From an uncultured Gemmatimonadales bacterium (lineage in GTDB: Bacteria > Gemmatimonadota > Gemmatimonadetes > Longimicrobiales > RSA9), in contig OY970192.1 in the NCBI GenBank assembly GCA_963708135.1, positions 1,120,001 through 1,184,000 on the forward strand: DNA of 64,000 nt, in the 5' to 3' direction. The notes below the pieces were generated by a model. That model was not told where the DNA came from, ran no database searches, and worked only from the letters and a program-made list of their open reading frames with translations. Below, piece by piece: positions 1 to 10,735 of the stretch; position 1 is the first letter of the stretch, and each line of letters opens with the position of its first letter. Position numbers and translations under genes: made by a program.

Positions 1-1
1 C

Positions 2-961
2 CGCTTCCTCGCCCTCGGCGTCGGCGCCTTCGTGGTGGCGACGCTGCCCCGCGCCGCCCACGCCCTGCGCGGCCGCCGCCTCGTGCGCCGCACCGTGCCG
101 GTCATGGGCACCATCGCAGAGATCGCCGTTGTCGATGGCGACGTGCGCCACGCCGAGGACGCCATCGACGCCGCGCTCGCCGAGCTGCGCCGCGTAGACC
201 GCACCATGAGCTTCTTCAGCCGCTGGTCCGACGTGGGCCGCGCCAACGCCGGCGCGGGAGCCGAGGCCGTGGAGATCGGCCCCGAGACCGGCCTCGTCCT
301 GGCCGAGGCGCTGCGCTGGGCGCACGCGAGCGACGGCGCCTTCGATCCCGCCCTGGGCGAGGCCTCCGCCCTGTGGGACGTGACGCACCGGCACGAGCCG
401 CCGCCCGAGCCCGCCTACCGCCGCTTCGCCGGCCGCCAGCTGTTCCGGCACGTGGACCTCGACCGCGGCGCCGCCGGCGCGCGGGTCCGCTACGAAAACC
501 CGGAGATCGCGCTCGACCTGGGCGGCATCGCCAAGGGCCACGGCGTGGACCTGGCCGTGAAGGCGCTGCGCGAGCGCGGCGTGAAGGACGCCCTGGTGAA
601 CGTCGGAGGCGACCTCTACGCGCTGGGCAGATCCGAGCGCGGCGACGACTGGGAGATCGGCGTCCAGTCGCCCACGCGCGCCGAGGGCATCATCGCGCGC
701 TTCACCCTCTCGGACCGCGCCGTCGCCACGTCCGGCGACTACATGCGCTACTTCGACTGGCACGGCCGCCGCTACCACCACCTGCTCGACCCGGCGACGG
801 GGGCCCCGCGTGTCACCCGCGAGCACTCCGTCTCCGTGGCGGCCGAGACCTGTATGGCCGCCGACGCCGGCGCGACGGCCGTCTACGGCCTGCCCCGCGC
901 CGAGGCCGACGCGCTGCTGCGCCGCCCCGCCGGCGGCGCGCGGGTGCTGGATCTGGCGTAG
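2..961 (+). CDS. apbE: FAD:protein FMN transferase (ApbE family), 5'-truncated by window edge
   Basis: Motifs MGT, GAFDPA, LDLGGIAKG, NVGGD, ATSGDY, YHHLLDPATG. Frame is open from position 2 (RFLALGVGAFVV, resembling the tail of a Tat signal). Confidence 0.93.
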   Translation, partial: RFLALGVGAFVVATLPRAAHALRGRRLVRRTVPVMGTIAEIAVVDGDVRHAEDAIDAALAELRRVDRTMSFFSRWSDVGRANAGAGAEAVEIGPETGLVLAEALRWAHASDGAFDPALGEASALWDVTHRHEPPPEPAYRRFAGRQLFRHVDLDRGAAGARVRYENPEIALDLGGIAKGHGVDLAVKALRERGVKDALVNVGGDLYALGRSERGDDWEIGVQSPTRAEGIIARFTLSDRAVATSGDYMRYFDWHGRRYHHLLDPATGAPRVTREHSVSVAAETCMAADAGATAVYGLPRAEADALLRRPAGGARVLDLA

Positions 962-1079
962 CCGAGCGGCCGCGGGTATAGCCTCCGCGACGGGGGGGAT
1001 TGGCGCCGCGGCCATGCCGCGGCGAGAGTGGGAAAGCCGGACGAAACGTGCACATCGCCGCGGCGATGAACACGATTGT

Positions 1080-1173
1080 CACATTGTGTACGCTATGCGG
1101 ATACAATGTGCAGCGCGCTCGGCGCCGCCGGGAGTCATCGGTGCATTGTGTACGCTATGCGGACACAATGCGC
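1080..1173. repeat. Two copies of a 27-33 bp palindrome, core CATTGTGTACGCTATGCGGAYACAATG
   Basis: Cores at 1082-1108 and 1144-1170, each an imperfect inverted repeat around TAT, between convergent genes. Confidence 0.85.
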
Positions 1174-1360
1174 GATTCGCGGCTGGGTGCACCACCGGTC
1201 GGTCGATTTCGTCCGCTCCGGCGCCCGAGGCGCGCGCCCGGCTGTTGTTCGGCGCCGCCGCCTTCGGCCAGCCGGACAAGGTCCAGGGCCCCCGGTTGCC
1301 GTCGTCCGTTGCCCCGGCGCCTGGGCCAGTGCGGGAAACCGTATCGACGCTCCCCGCCGA

Positions 1361-2761
1361 TTAGACGCCGTTCACCAGCAGGTGCACCCCGATCGAGGCG
1401 GCGAAGCCAAGCGCGATCGCCCACGTCCACTTGAGGTGGCTCTCGAAGGTGTAGATCCCGCGCGCCTGCCCCATGAGCGCCACGCCCGCGGCGCTGCCGA
1501 CGGAGAGCAGGGAGCCGCCCACACCGGCGGTGAGCGTGACCAGCAGCCACTCCGGCACCGTCATCGCCGGGTTCATCCGCAGCACCGAGAACATCACGGG
1601 GATGTTGTCCACTACCGCGGAGATGACGCCCACCGAGGTGTTCGCGCCGACCGTGCCGAGGCCGCTGTAGAGCCTGCCCGAGAGCGCCGCCAGGTAGCCG
1701 AGCGTGGCCAGGCCGCCGATCGCCATGATGATGCCGAAGAAGAACATCAGCGTGTCCCACTCGGCGCGTTGCAGGATCTCGAAGATGTCGAAGGGGCCCT
1801 CCGGCGGCGCCTCGCCTTCCTCGTCCAGCACCTCGAGCGGCCCGCCGCTCGAGATCGCGCCGCCCGTCCACTTCAGGTACCAGCTGTAGAAGTAGAGCAG
1901 CCCGAGGCCCGTCGTCATGCCCAGCACCGGCGGGATGTAGAGCGCGTTGTAGAACGTCACCGCCGTCGCCACCGTCACCGCGAACAGCCCCACGATGACG
2001 AAGCCGCCGGGACGCACCTGCACCCGCGCGTCATCACCCTCCGGCCGCTCCTTCGGCACCGCGAACGACATGATCAGCGCCGGCACCAGCCAGTTCACCA
2101 CCGCCGGGAGGAACAGGCGGAAAAATTGCCAGAACTCCACCTTCCCGGACTGCCACACCATGAGCGTCGTGATGTCGCCGAACGGCGAGAACGCGCCGCC
2201 GGCGTTCGCGGCCACCACAATGTTGATGCACGCCATCCCCATGAACTTCCGGCTCTGCTTGCCTACCGTCAGCGCGACCGTCCCCATGACCAGCGCCGTC
2301 GTCAGGTTGTCGATCATCGCCGAGAGGAAGAACGACAGGATTCCCGTCGCCCAGAAGACCGCCCGCAAGGTGAGGTTCCGCCGCGCCAGCCACGCCCGCA
2401 GCGCGTCGAACACCAGCCGCTCCTCCATGGTGTTGACGTACGTCATCGCCACCAGGACGAACAGGAACAGCTCGCTGAACTCCGCCAGGTTGTGCCGCAC
2501 CGCCGCCGCCGCCCCCGCGTGGTCGCCCGCGCGCACGTACACCAGCGCCACCAGCGCCCAGATGATCCCCGCCCCGAGCACCACCGGCTTCGACTTGCGC
2601 AGGTGCAGCCGGTTCTCCAGCACCACGGCGACGTACGCCAGCACGAACACAACGATCGCCGCCGGGCCCATCCACGTCAGCGCCAGCGCCGGCGGCGCCG
2701 CCACCGCGCCTTCGCCCTGCTGCAAAAGCGCCAGAAACGCCGTCAGTCCACTCCCTGCCAT
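1361..2761 (-). CDS. nhaD: Na+/H+ antiporter NhaD
   Basis: Polytopic membrane protein with LRKSKP, DNLTTAL, AANAGGAFSPFGDITTLMVWQ, VDNIP and GGSLLSVGSAAGVALMG. Confidence 0.9.
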   Translation of the reverse strand: MAGSGLTAFLALLQQGEGAVAAPPALALTWMGPAAIVVFVLAYVAVVLENRLHLRKSKPVVLGAGIIWALVALVYVRAGDHAGAAAAVRHNLAEFSELFLFVLVAMTYVNTMEERLVFDALRAWLARRNLTLRAVFWATGILSFFLSAMIDNLTTALVMGTVALTVGKQSRKFMGMACINIVVAANAGGAFSPFGDITTLMVWQSGKVEFWQFFRLFLPAVVNWLVPALIMSFAVPKERPEGDDARVQVRPGGFVIVGLFAVTVATAVTFYNALYIPPVLGMTTGLGLLYFYSWYLKWTGGAISSGGPLEVLDEEGEAPPEGPFDIFEILQRAEWDTLMFFFGIIMAIGGLATLGYLAALSGRLYSGLGTVGANTSVGVISAVVDNIPVMFSVLRMNPAMTVPEWLLVTLTAGVGGSLLSVGSAAGVALMGQARGIYTFESHLKWTWAIALGFAASIGVHLLVNGV

Positions 2762-3053
2762 GAGCTCCCCTCGTCAAGGCGCATCGTCGCGCCGGAACGC
2801 CTTCGTCAGCCTCGAGCCGCGCCGCCGCCCGTCCCACCCCGCCGCCGGTCACCGCGAGCACGCCCGGACCGGACACCCCGCCCGCCCGATCGGCCGCCCG
2901 GCAAGATAGCACCCCCGGCACCACGCGCTGTAGGGCGTTGCTACCGGGACTGTGGGGAATTCCACCAGCCCCCGTGGCCGCCGGGCAGGACGCGTGGGAA
3001 GTTGACGGTGCGGCGCGACGCCCGCGAGCGGCAACGCCGGAAAATGTGCCCCC

Positions 3054-3515
3054 TCACCCGCTGCCGCGGCGCCGCACCAGCGCCTTCAACTCCCCCTCCT
3101 GCGCCACCTCCCCGCGCTGGTTCACCACCTCCAGCCCGAATGCGACGTACCCCTGCTCCGCCTTCCGCGTCGCCCGCTTCGCCGCCACCTTCACCCGCGC
3201 CCGCACCGTGTCCCCCGGCCGGATCGGCGCGCGAAAGCTCCACTCCAGGCCCAGCAGCGCCACCAGCGTGCCCTCGGTCAGCCCGGAGCGGTTCAGCAGC
3301 CCCGTCGCCAGCGCCAGCCCCAGCACCCCGTGCGCCACCCGCCCGCCGAACGCCGTCCCGCGCGCGTACTCCTCGTCCATGTGCAGCGGGTTGAAATCGC
3401 CCGACACCCCCGCGAACGCCACGATCTCCGCGTCCGTCACCGTCCGCCCCCCGGTCTCGTACGCCGCCCCCACCTCCAGCTCCTCGAACCACAGCCCGCG
3501 CATCCTCGCCTCCAT
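3054..3515 (-). CDS. MaoC/PaaZ-like hot-dog dehydratase
   Basis: FAGVSGDFNPLHMD and GRVAHG motifs. Start placed at ATG 3515 after AAGGAGG. Confidence 0.9.
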   Translation of the reverse strand: MEARMRGLWFEELEVGAAYETGGRTVTDAEIVAFAGVSGDFNPLHMDEEYARGTAFGGRVAHGVLGLALATGLLNRSGLTEGTLVALLGLEWSFRAPIRPGDTVRARVKVAAKRATRKAEQGYVAFGLEVVNQRGEVAQEGELKALVRRRGSG

Positions 3516-3528
3516 TGCCACACCCTCC

Positions 3529-3585
3529 TTGACTTCTACCAACGTATGACACAATACTTACGAGCGTACGCCACATGACACAATA
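3529..3585 (+). promoter_or_regulatory. Divergent promoter region with ATGACACAATA direct repeat (candidate operator)
   Basis: TTGACT at 3529-3534, AATACT at 3553-3558, identical 11-mers at 3546-3556 and 3575-3585. Confidence 0.55.
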
Positions 3586-3594
3586 GGAGCCCGC

Positions 3595-4437
3595 GTGCCG
3601 CGACCGCAGGACCGAGTCTTCACCCTTTTCGGCGATACGCTGCTGCACCGCTCGGGCGCGGTGTGGACGGGCAGCCTGATCGCGCTGCTGGGGCCGCTCG
3701 GGCTGTCGCCGGCGGCGACGCGGACGGTGCTCTCGCGCATGCGGCGCAAGGGATGGCTGCAGGCGGAGAAGCGTGGGCGCAAGAGCTACTACGACCTGAC
3801 GGCGCGGGGGCGGCGGCTGCTGGAGGAGGGGGAGAAGCGGATCTACGATCCGCCGCGGGATGAGCCGTGGGAAGGCAGCTGGTTCGTGGTGGCGTACCGG
3901 GTGCCGGAGGAGCGGCGCACGCTGCGCGACCGCCTGCGGGTGCGGCTCACGTGGCTGGGGTGTGGGCAGATGGGGAACGGGGTGTGGATCTCGCCGCACG
4001 ACATCGAGGCGGAGGTGCGGCAGATCGCGGAGGAGCTGGGCACGCGGGACCACGTCGAGCTGTTCCGGGCCACGCACCTGGGGTTCAGCAGCGAAGCGTC
4101 GCTGGTGGCGCAGTGCTGGGACCTTCCGGCGGTGGCGGAGGCGTATCGCGATTTCCTGGCGGAGCACGAGCCGGAGCTGGAGCGCTGCGCGGGGTTGCTT
4201 CGGGCGGGCACGCTCTCGCCCAAGGAGTGCTTCGAGCGGCGCTTCGACCTGATCCACGAGTACCGGGCCTTCCCGTTCATGGATCCCTACCTGCCGCGGG
4301 AGCTGCTGCCGCAGGACTGGCCGGGGGCGCGGGCGGCGACGCTGTTCGAGGCGTACCACGCGCTACTGACGCCGCCGGCGGAGGCGTACGTGGACGAGGT
4401 GCTCGTGGTGGCGAACGGCAGGAAGCCGCAGACCTGA
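3595..4437 (+). CDS. paaX: PaaX-family transcriptional regulator
   Basis: FTLFGD, RTVLSRMRRKGWL, W-G-W, LRVRLTWLGCG, WISP, WDL and DPYLPRELLPQDWPG signatures. Confidence 0.92.
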   Translation: MPRPQDRVFTLFGDTLLHRSGAVWTGSLIALLGPLGLSPAATRTVLSRMRRKGWLQAEKRGRKSYYDLTARGRRLLEEGEKRIYDPPRDEPWEGSWFVVAYRVPEERRTLRDRLRVRLTWLGCGQMGNGVWISPHDIEAEVRQIAEELGTRDHVELFRATHLGFSSEASLVAQCWDLPAVAEAYRDFLAEHEPELERCAGLLRAGTLSPKECFERRFDLIHEYRAFPFMDPYLPRELLPQDWPGARAATLFEAYHALLTPPAEAYVDEVLVVANGRKPQT

Positions 4438-4496
4438 ACGCGTGGCCGGCTGCTGGAGGCGGGGCCGGCCGCCCCAACCGAGTTGCAGGGGGAGCG

Positions 4497-5597
4497 ATGC
4501 GTCAGTTCGAGTCGAAGCCCGCGGAGTCCTTCGAGCTCCGCGAGGTGCTGTACCGGAAGTCCGACTGGGTCGCGACGGTCACGATCGACCGTCCCCATGC
4601 CTACAACGCCTACTCGACGGCGGCGCTCGTCGAGCTCGCCACGGTGCTCCGCGACGCCGCGTTCGACGACTCGATCGGGGTGATCGTGCTGACCGGCGCG
4701 GGCGATCGCGCCTTCTGCACGGGCGGCGACGTGAAGGAGTACGAGGAGGTCTACACCTCCTATCCGCGCGACTACTGGAAGTACATGGGCCTGTTCCGGG
4801 CCTACATCGAGGCGATCGTGAACGCCGGCAAGCCGGTGATCGCGCGCCTGAACGGGATGGCGGCGGGCGGCGGCAACGAGAGCCAGCTCGCGTGTGACCT
4901 GTCCGTGATCGCCGAGCACGCCTGGATCGGGCAGGTCGGCACGCGCGTCGGCAGCGTGGCGGCCGGCGGCTCGACGCAGTGGCTGCCGATCACCGTGGGC
5001 GACCGCCGGGCCAGGGAGATCCTGCTGCTGAACGAGCGGATCCCCGCCTACCAGGCGCTCGAGTGGGGGCTGGTCAACCGCGTGGCGCCCTCGGTCGTGA
5101 AGGACGGCGCCTTCGTCACGCGCGCCACGCCCGAGCAGATCAAGGATGCCCAGGCCGGCCGGAACGGCTACTCGATCTCCCTCGAGAAGCTCAATGAGGA
5201 GGTCGCGAAGCTCGCCGGCCGGCTGCTCGAGCAGTTCCCCGAGTGCACCCGCTACACCAAGCAGCAGGTGAACTTCTGGAAGGAGCTCGCCTGGCACCAG
5301 ACGATCGGCCACGCGCGCGACTGGCTCTCCGTCCACTACACGGCCCGCGAGCCGTGGGAGGGGATGCGCGCGTTCGTCGAGAAGCGCCCCGCCGGCTACA
5401 TGGAGCAGCGCCGCCTGGCGGCGGCGGGCGCCTCCAGCGAGTTCGTCTGGGGCCCGAACGAGCGCGAGTGCCCGGCGTGCGGCGCGGTGGGTCTGCCTGC
5501 CGGCTTCGCCTGGTGCGGCGCCTGCGGCCAGGCCCTGGCGGACGCGGTGGCGGCGGGGAACGGCGTGGCGGCTTCGGCGCCGGCGGAGGCGCGATGA
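4497..5597 (+). CDS. oah: 6-oxocyclohex-1-ene-1-carbonyl-CoA hydrolase (Oah/BamA-like) with C-terminal Cys4 ribbon
   Basis: Crotonase fold (AFCTGGD, NGMAAGGGNE), FPECTRYTK, EGMRAF; context beside dch, bcr and had. Confidence 0.8.
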   Translation: MRQFESKPAESFELREVLYRKSDWVATVTIDRPHAYNAYSTAALVELATVLRDAAFDDSIGVIVLTGAGDRAFCTGGDVKEYEEVYTSYPRDYWKYMGLFRAYIEAIVNAGKPVIARLNGMAAGGGNESQLACDLSVIAEHAWIGQVGTRVGSVAAGGSTQWLPITVGDRRAREILLLNERIPAYQALEWGLVNRVAPSVVKDGAFVTRATPEQIKDAQAGRNGYSISLEKLNEEVAKLAGRLLEQFPECTRYTKQQVNFWKELAWHQTIGHARDWLSVHYTAREPWEGMRAFVEKRPAGYMEQRRLAAAGASSEFVWGPNERECPACGAVGLPAGFAWCGACGQALADAVAAGNGVAASAPAEAR

Positions 5598-6376
5598 GCG
5601 ACGCCTCGGCCGCCGCGACGTCCGCGGTGCGCGTGGAGCGGCGCGGCGGCGTCGCCTGGCTCGTGATGGACCGTCCGCCGCTCAACGTCCTCGACATCGC
5701 GATGATGCGCGAGCTCGGCGCGGCGCTGGACGCGCTCGCCGGCGCGCCGCCGAGGGTGGTCGTCCTGACCGGCGCCGGCCGCGCCTTCTGCGCGGGCGTG
5801 GACGTGGCGGACCACACGGAGTCCCGGGTGGCGGAGATGCTGGCGGCGTTCCACGGCGTGCTCGGGAGGCTCCTGCACATGGGAGCGCCGGTGGTCGCGG
5901 CGGTGAACGGCGCGGCGCTGGGCGGCGGCTGCGAGCTCGTCCAGGCCTGCGACATCGTCCTCGCCCGCGCCGGCGCGAAGCTCGGACAGCCGGAGATCGG
6001 GCTGGGCGTCTTCCCGCCCGCGGCGGCGGCGCTGCTGCCGCGGCGCATCGGCGTGCAGGCTGCGCTGGACCTGGTGCTGACGGGGCGGGTGGTCGAGGCG
6101 GAGGAGGCGCGCGCGCTCGGTCTCGTCGCGCGGGTGCTGCCGGCGGATGGCTTCGAGGCGGAGGTGGCGGCGTACGCGGGGAAGCTCGCGGGGCTGAGCG
6201 CGCCGGTGGTGCGGCTGGCCAAGCGCGCGGTCATGGATGGACTGGAGCGCCCGGCGGCGGAGGCGCTGGCGCGGGCGGAGACCCTGTATCTGGACGAGCT
6301 GATGCGGCTCGGGGACGCGGCCGAGGGGCTGGCGGCGTTCCTGGAGAAGCGGGCGCCCGTCTGGAAGGATGCGTGA
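5594..6376 (+). CDS. dch: Cyclohexa-1,5-diene-1-carbonyl-CoA hydratase (Dch)
   Basis: Crotonase with [37 protein letters not shown] overlap with oah. Confidence 0.82.
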   Translation: MSDASAAATSAVRVERRGGVAWLVMDRPPLNVLDIAMMRELGAALDALAGAPPRVVVLTGAGRAFCAGVDVADHTESRVAEMLAAFHGVLGRLLHMGAPVVAAVNGAALGGGCELVQACDIVLARAGAKLGQPEIGLGVFPPAAAALLPRRIGVQAALDLVLTGRVVEAEEARALGLVARVLPADGFEAEVAAYAGKLAGLSAPVVRLAKRAVMDGLERPAAEALARAETLYLDELMRLGDAAEGLAAFLEKRAPVWKDA

Positions 6377-6380
6377 GGCG

Positions 6381-7595
6381 ATGAGCACGGCAGCGATGAC
6401 GCCGACGCGGGCGCCGGCGCCCCGTCCGGAGGGTCCGTTCCTGGAGATCGCGCGGGGCGCCGGGCTGGACGCTATCCTGGCCGCCTGCCGCGAGCTGGTG
6501 GAGGACACGGATTTCCCCACGGTGCGCCGCTGGCGGGAGGCGGGCGGCCGCGCCGTGGGCCATTTCCAGGTCTACTTCCCGGAGGAGCTCGCGCACGCCG
6601 CGGGGCTGCTCCCCGTGAAGGTGCGCGGGGCGCCGGTCGAGCGCGAGCGGGCGGACTCGCACTTCGGCTCCTACCTCTGCTCGATCCTGCGCAGCTCGCT
6701 CGAGCTGGCGCTTTCCGGCCGGCTGGAGCTGGACCTTTTCGTGACCCACCCGATCTGCGACGCCGCCCGCAACCTCGCCGGCGTGTGGGGCCGCAACGTG
6801 CCGGCCGCGCCCGCGCAGATCCTCTACCTGCCGCAGAACCCGAACTCGGCCTTCAGCGCCACCTACCTGCGCGCCGAGTACGCCCGCGTGCTGGCGGACA
6901 TCGAGGCGGTGGCGGGGCGTAGCGTGACGGTGGACGACCTGCGTCACTCGATCGGCGTGTTCGACGAGAACCGGCGGCTGCTGCGCGAGCTGTACGCGGT
7001 GAAGCGCGAGACGCCGTGGCTGCTGTCCGTGGACGAGGCGTACGTGCTCATGGCCGTGGGCGGGCTCATCCCGCGCGAGGAGCACAACGCGCTGCTCGCC
7101 ACGGCGCTGCCGCTCGCGCGCGCCCGGCAGGCGCGGCGCCAGGACAAGATCCGGGTGGTCTTCGAGGGCGGCTTCTGCGAGCAGCCGCCGCTCGACCTGC
7201 TGCGCGCCATCGCGCAGTTCTGCTACGTGGTCGATGACGACCTGCTCATCGGGCTGCGCTGGATCGAGGAGGACGTCGGCACGGCCGGCGACCCGCTCGC
7301 GGCGCTGGCCAATGCCTACCTGAACCGCTCCTCCTACAGCCCCGTGCAGCACGATCTGCGCAAGCCGAAGGAGAAGATGCTGCTCGAGCGCATCCGCGGC
7401 GCGGAGGCGAGCGCCGCGATCATCGCCGCGGCCAAGATGTGCGAGCCGGGGCTGGACGAGCAGGTGGCGTACTCGAAGGCGCTGGACGGGGCAGGGGTGC
7501 CGTACTTCGTCACCGAGTTCGAGGAGCGGATGACGGGGTTCGACCATCTCCAGATCCAGCTCGAGACATTCGTGGAGAACATCCTCTTCGACTAG
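6381..7595 (+). CDS. bcrC: Class I benzoyl-CoA reductase subunit C (HAD/BCR family)
   Basis: [51 protein letters not shown]. Confidence 0.85.
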   Translation: MSTAAMTPTRAPAPRPEGPFLEIARGAGLDAILAACRELVEDTDFPTVRRWREAGGRAVGHFQVYFPEELAHAAGLLPVKVRGAPVERERADSHFGSYLCSILRSSLELALSGRLELDLFVTHPICDAARNLAGVWGRNVPAAPAQILYLPQNPNSAFSATYLRAEYARVLADIEAVAGRSVTVDDLRHSIGVFDENRRLLRELYAVKRETPWLLSVDEAYVLMAVGGLIPREEHNALLATALPLARARQARRQDKIRVVFEGGFCEQPPLDLLRAIAQFCYVVDDDLLIGLRWIEEDVGTAGDPLAALANAYLNRSSYSPVQHDLRKPKEKMLLERIRGAEASAAIIAAAKMCEPGLDEQVAYSKALDGAGVPYFVTEFEERMTGFDHLQIQLETFVENILFD

Positions 7596-7669
7596 CGCCG
7601 CGGCGCCGCCTCCGCGTCGGAGCGGAGCGCGGCGGGCCGCGGCGCCATGCCGGTGAACGGAGGCGGGTC

Positions 7670-9067
7670 ATGCCGATGGTGGCCGAGAGAGAGCTGCTGG
7701 GACGCGGCGCCCACGAGGGGCGGCGCCTGTTCCGGGAGTGGTTCGACAGCCTGACGGGCGCGGCCGAGCGCGGCGAGCCGACGGCCTACGTGTTCGTCAT
7801 GGGCAGCATGGTCGAGGTGCTGCGCGCCTTCGACTTCCACGTCGTCTTCCCGGAGATCAACTCCTTGCAGACGGCCGTGCGGCGCACGGCGGACGAGCTG
7901 CTCGGCTTCGCCGAGGACTACGGCTACTCGCCCGACGTGTGCGGCTACGTGAAGGCGGACGTGGCCGTCCAGCTCCAGAACGGGCGCCACCCAATGGGCA
8001 CGATCCCCCGCCCGACGCTCGCCGTCCTCACCAACGCCTGCAACACCTACATGAAATGGGCGGAGATCTGGGAGCGGCTGCACGGCACCCCCGTCGTCAC
8101 GATCGACGTGCCGGTCTCGCGCAGCGCCGCCGCCGCCGGTGCGCCCGCGGCCGCCGACCTCGCCCGCGACCGCGCGTACGTGGACGCGCAGGTGCGCGAG
8201 CTCATCGCCACCTGCGAGCGCACGACCGGCAGGCGCCTGGACATGGACCGGCTGCGCCAGGTGATGGAGTGGACGAACCGGATGACGCGCGCGTGGGTCC
8301 GGCTGCTCGAGCTGAACGCCGCCCGCCCCGCGCCCTTCGACGCGCTCGTCGAGGGCACCGTCTACCTGGGCGTGGCCAACGCGCTGCGCGGCACCGAGGA
8401 GGGCGCCCGCTACTTCGAGGACCTGGTCGAGGAGATCGAGTACAAGGTCGCCCACGGCATCGGCGCGCTCCCCGACGAGCGGCACCGCCTCATCTTCGTG
8501 GGCGTGCCCTGCTACCCGATCTTCCGCCGCTTCTTCGAGCTCTTCGCGGACTGGGGCGGCGCCTTCGTCGGCTCGACCTACCTCTGGTTCGCCGCGGGCG
8601 GCATGAACCTCGGCTACGAGTACGACCTCGACCACCCGCTCGAGAGCCTGGCCGAGGGGCTCGTCCGGAGCATCCGCACGGCCACGGACGCCATGATGTT
8701 CCACGACGACGCCCTGATCGACGCCATCGACCGCCTCGGCGCCGACGGCGTGGTCTACCACCCGGTCAAGAGCTGCCGCACCGTCTCCACGGGGCTCGCC
8801 GACAGCCGGCGCGCCGTCATGGCCAGCCGGGACGTGATGTCGCTCTACATCGAGAGCGACATGATGGACAAGCGCGTGGTCTCCGAGGCGCAGCTGAAGA
8901 ACCGGATCGACGCCTTCTTCGAGGGCCTCGACAGCCGCCAGCTGCGCCAGGCGACGGAGGCCGACGCCGCCGCCACCGCCCGTGCCGCGTCCGCGGCGGC
9001 CGAAGGCGTGACGGCCGCCGCGGCGGCGGAGTCCGGCGAGGGCCGCGCCTGCAGCGCGAACCCCTGA
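7670..9067 (+). CDS. bcrB: Class I benzoyl-CoA reductase subunit B
   Basis: [47 protein letters not shown]. Confidence 0.85.
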   Translation: MPMVAERELLGRGAHEGRRLFREWFDSLTGAAERGEPTAYVFVMGSMVEVLRAFDFHVVFPEINSLQTAVRRTADELLGFAEDYGYSPDVCGYVKADVAVQLQNGRHPMGTIPRPTLAVLTNACNTYMKWAEIWERLHGTPVVTIDVPVSRSAAAAGAPAAADLARDRAYVDAQVRELIATCERTTGRRLDMDRLRQVMEWTNRMTRAWVRLLELNAARPAPFDALVEGTVYLGVANALRGTEEGARYFEDLVEEIEYKVAHGIGALPDERHRLIFVGVPCYPIFRRFFELFADWGGAFVGSTYLWFAAGGMNLGYEYDLDHPLESLAEGLVRSIRTATDAMMFHDDALIDAIDRLGADGVVYHPVKSCRTVSTGLADSRRAVMASRDVMSLYIESDMMDKRVVSEAQLKNRIDAFFEGLDSRQLRQATEADAAATARAASAAAEGVTAAAAAESGEGRACSANP

Positions 9068-9098
9068 CCCCTGGTCCCCAGCACCTCGCGAGGTTCAG

Positions 9099-9914
9099 AT
9101 GCTCTATGCAGCGGGAGTGGACGTCGGCTCCACCCAGACCAAGGCGGTCATCGTGGACGAGGCCGGGCGACTGGCGGGGAAGAGCCTGATCGGCACCGGC
9201 GCGAACGTCGTCACGGCCGCCGAGAAGGCCTTCGACCTCGCGCTCGACGACGGCCTCGTGCGGCGCGCCGACGTCGGCTTCGTCATCGGCACCGGCTACG
9301 GCCGCTACAAGGTCGAGTTCGGCGATGCGCAGGTGACCGAGATCCTGTGCCACGCGCGCGGCGCCTCGCACATGTTCCCCGGCACGCTGACCGTGCTCGA
9401 CATGGGCGGGCAGGACACCAAGGCCATCCGTATCCGCCCCGGCGGCGAGGTGGCCGACTTCTGCATGAACGACAAGTGCGCCGCCGGTACGGGCCGCTTC
9501 CTCCAGTCCGCCGCCGCCGCGCTGGACATTCCGCTCGACGAACTCGGCCCCACCGCCCTGCGCGCGCAGCGCCCCGTCGAGATCAGCACGACGTGCACGG
9601 TCTTCGCCGAGTCCGAGGTCCTCTCCTGGCTCGCCCGCGGCAAGAAGATCGAGGACATCCTGGCCGGCGTGCACCACTCGATCGCGCAGCGCTCGATCGC
9701 GCTGCTGCGCCGCGTCGGCATCGAGGCGGAGCTCACCTTCACCGGCGGCGTGACCCGCAACGAGGCCATGGTCGCCGTGCTCCAGGAGCTGCTCGGACTG
9801 CGCCTCAACGTGAGCCCCGAAGCCCACTTCATGGGCGCGCTCGGCGGCGCGCTCTTCGCCCTCGACCGCGTGGCCGCCGGCCAGCCGGCCGTGGCCGGAG
9901 GAGGTGCCGCATGA
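9099..9914 (+). CDS. bcrA: BCR ATPase/activator subunit (BcrA/BzdQ-like)
   Basis: ASKHA motifs [43 protein letters not shown]. Confidence 0.8.
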   Translation: MLYAAGVDVGSTQTKAVIVDEAGRLAGKSLIGTGANVVTAAEKAFDLALDDGLVRRADVGFVIGTGYGRYKVEFGDAQVTEILCHARGASHMFPGTLTVLDMGGQDTKAIRIRPGGEVADFCMNDKCAAGTGRFLQSAAAALDIPLDELGPTALRAQRPVEISTTCTVFAESEVLSWLARGKKIEDILAGVHHSIAQRSIALLRRVGIEAELTFTGGVTRNEAMVAVLQELLGLRLNVSPEAHFMGALGGALFALDRVAAGQPAVAGGGAA

Positions 9915-10735
9915 GGTACACGGCCGGAATCGACGTCGGCTCGACCTACACCAAGGCCGCCATCGTCTCGGGCGACGGCCGCCTGGCCGGCACCGCGCTC
10001 ACCGAGACCGGGTTCCGCCTCGAGGAGGCCGCCTCGCGCGCCCTCGACGGCGCGCTCGCCCAGGCCGGCATCCGCCGCGAGGAGCTCGCCTACATCGCCA
10101 GCACCGGCTACGGCCGCTACATGGTCCCCTGGCGCGACACCCAGGTCACGGACCTCACCGCCCACGCCCGCGGCGCCCGCTTCTTCTTCCCGGGCACGCG
10201 CACCGTCCTCGACATCGGCGGCCAGACCATGAAGGCGCTGCGCATCGACGACCGCGCCCGCGTGCAGTCCTTCCGCCTGAACGACAAGTGCGCCGCCGGC
10301 ACCGGCGCCTTCCTGGAGAAGACCGCCCGCTACCTCGGCTACCGGATCGAGGAGATCGGCCCGCTCGTGGCCACCTCCCACGAGGCCGTCGAGATCTCCG
10401 GCGTGTGCGCCGTCTTCGCCGAGTCGGAGGTCATCAACCAGATCAGCGCCGGCGCCACGGCCGCCGACATCATGCACGGCGCCATGCGCTCGCTCGTGAA
10501 GCGCGCCGTCCAGCTCATGCGGCGCGTGCAGATGGAGCCGGAGATCGCGCTCGTCGGGGGCATCATCCGATTCCCCACCATGGTCGCCGTCCTGCGCGAG
10601 AGCCTGGGCGAGGGGCTGAACGTGGCGCAGGGGCCGCTGCCCCAGTTCACCGGCGCCCTCGGCGCCGCCGTCCTCGCCCGCCGCCGCCTCGAGAAGCTCG
10701 AGCGCCAGGAGGCCGCCGGTGGCGTTCCCGCCTGA
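9911..10735 (+). CDS. bcrD: BCR ATPase/activator subunit (BcrD/BzdP-like)
   Basis: [36 protein letters not shown] overlap with preceding gene. Confidence 0.8.
   Translation: MRYTAGIDVGSTYTKAAIVSGDGRLAGTALTETGFRLEEAASRALDGALAQAGIRREELAYIASTGYGRYMVPWRDTQVTDLTAHARGARFFFPGTRTVLDIGGQTMKALRIDDRARVQSFRLNDKCAAGTGAFLEKTARYLGYRIEEIGPLVATSHEAVEISGVCAVFAESEVINQISAGATAADIMHGAMRSLVKRAVQLMRRVQMEPEIALVGGIIRFPTMVAVLRESLGEGLNVAQGPLPQFTGALGAAVLARRRLEKLERQEAAGGVPA

Noticed and set aside
1080..1173. CRISPR call for the twin palindromes
   Set aside because: Only two repeats, no leader or cas genes; kept as an unexplained repeat.
6381..10735. 2-hydroxyacyl-CoA dehydratase system instead of BCR
   Set aside because: Two distinct activator subunits plus flanking dch, had and oah favour benzoyl-CoA reductase.
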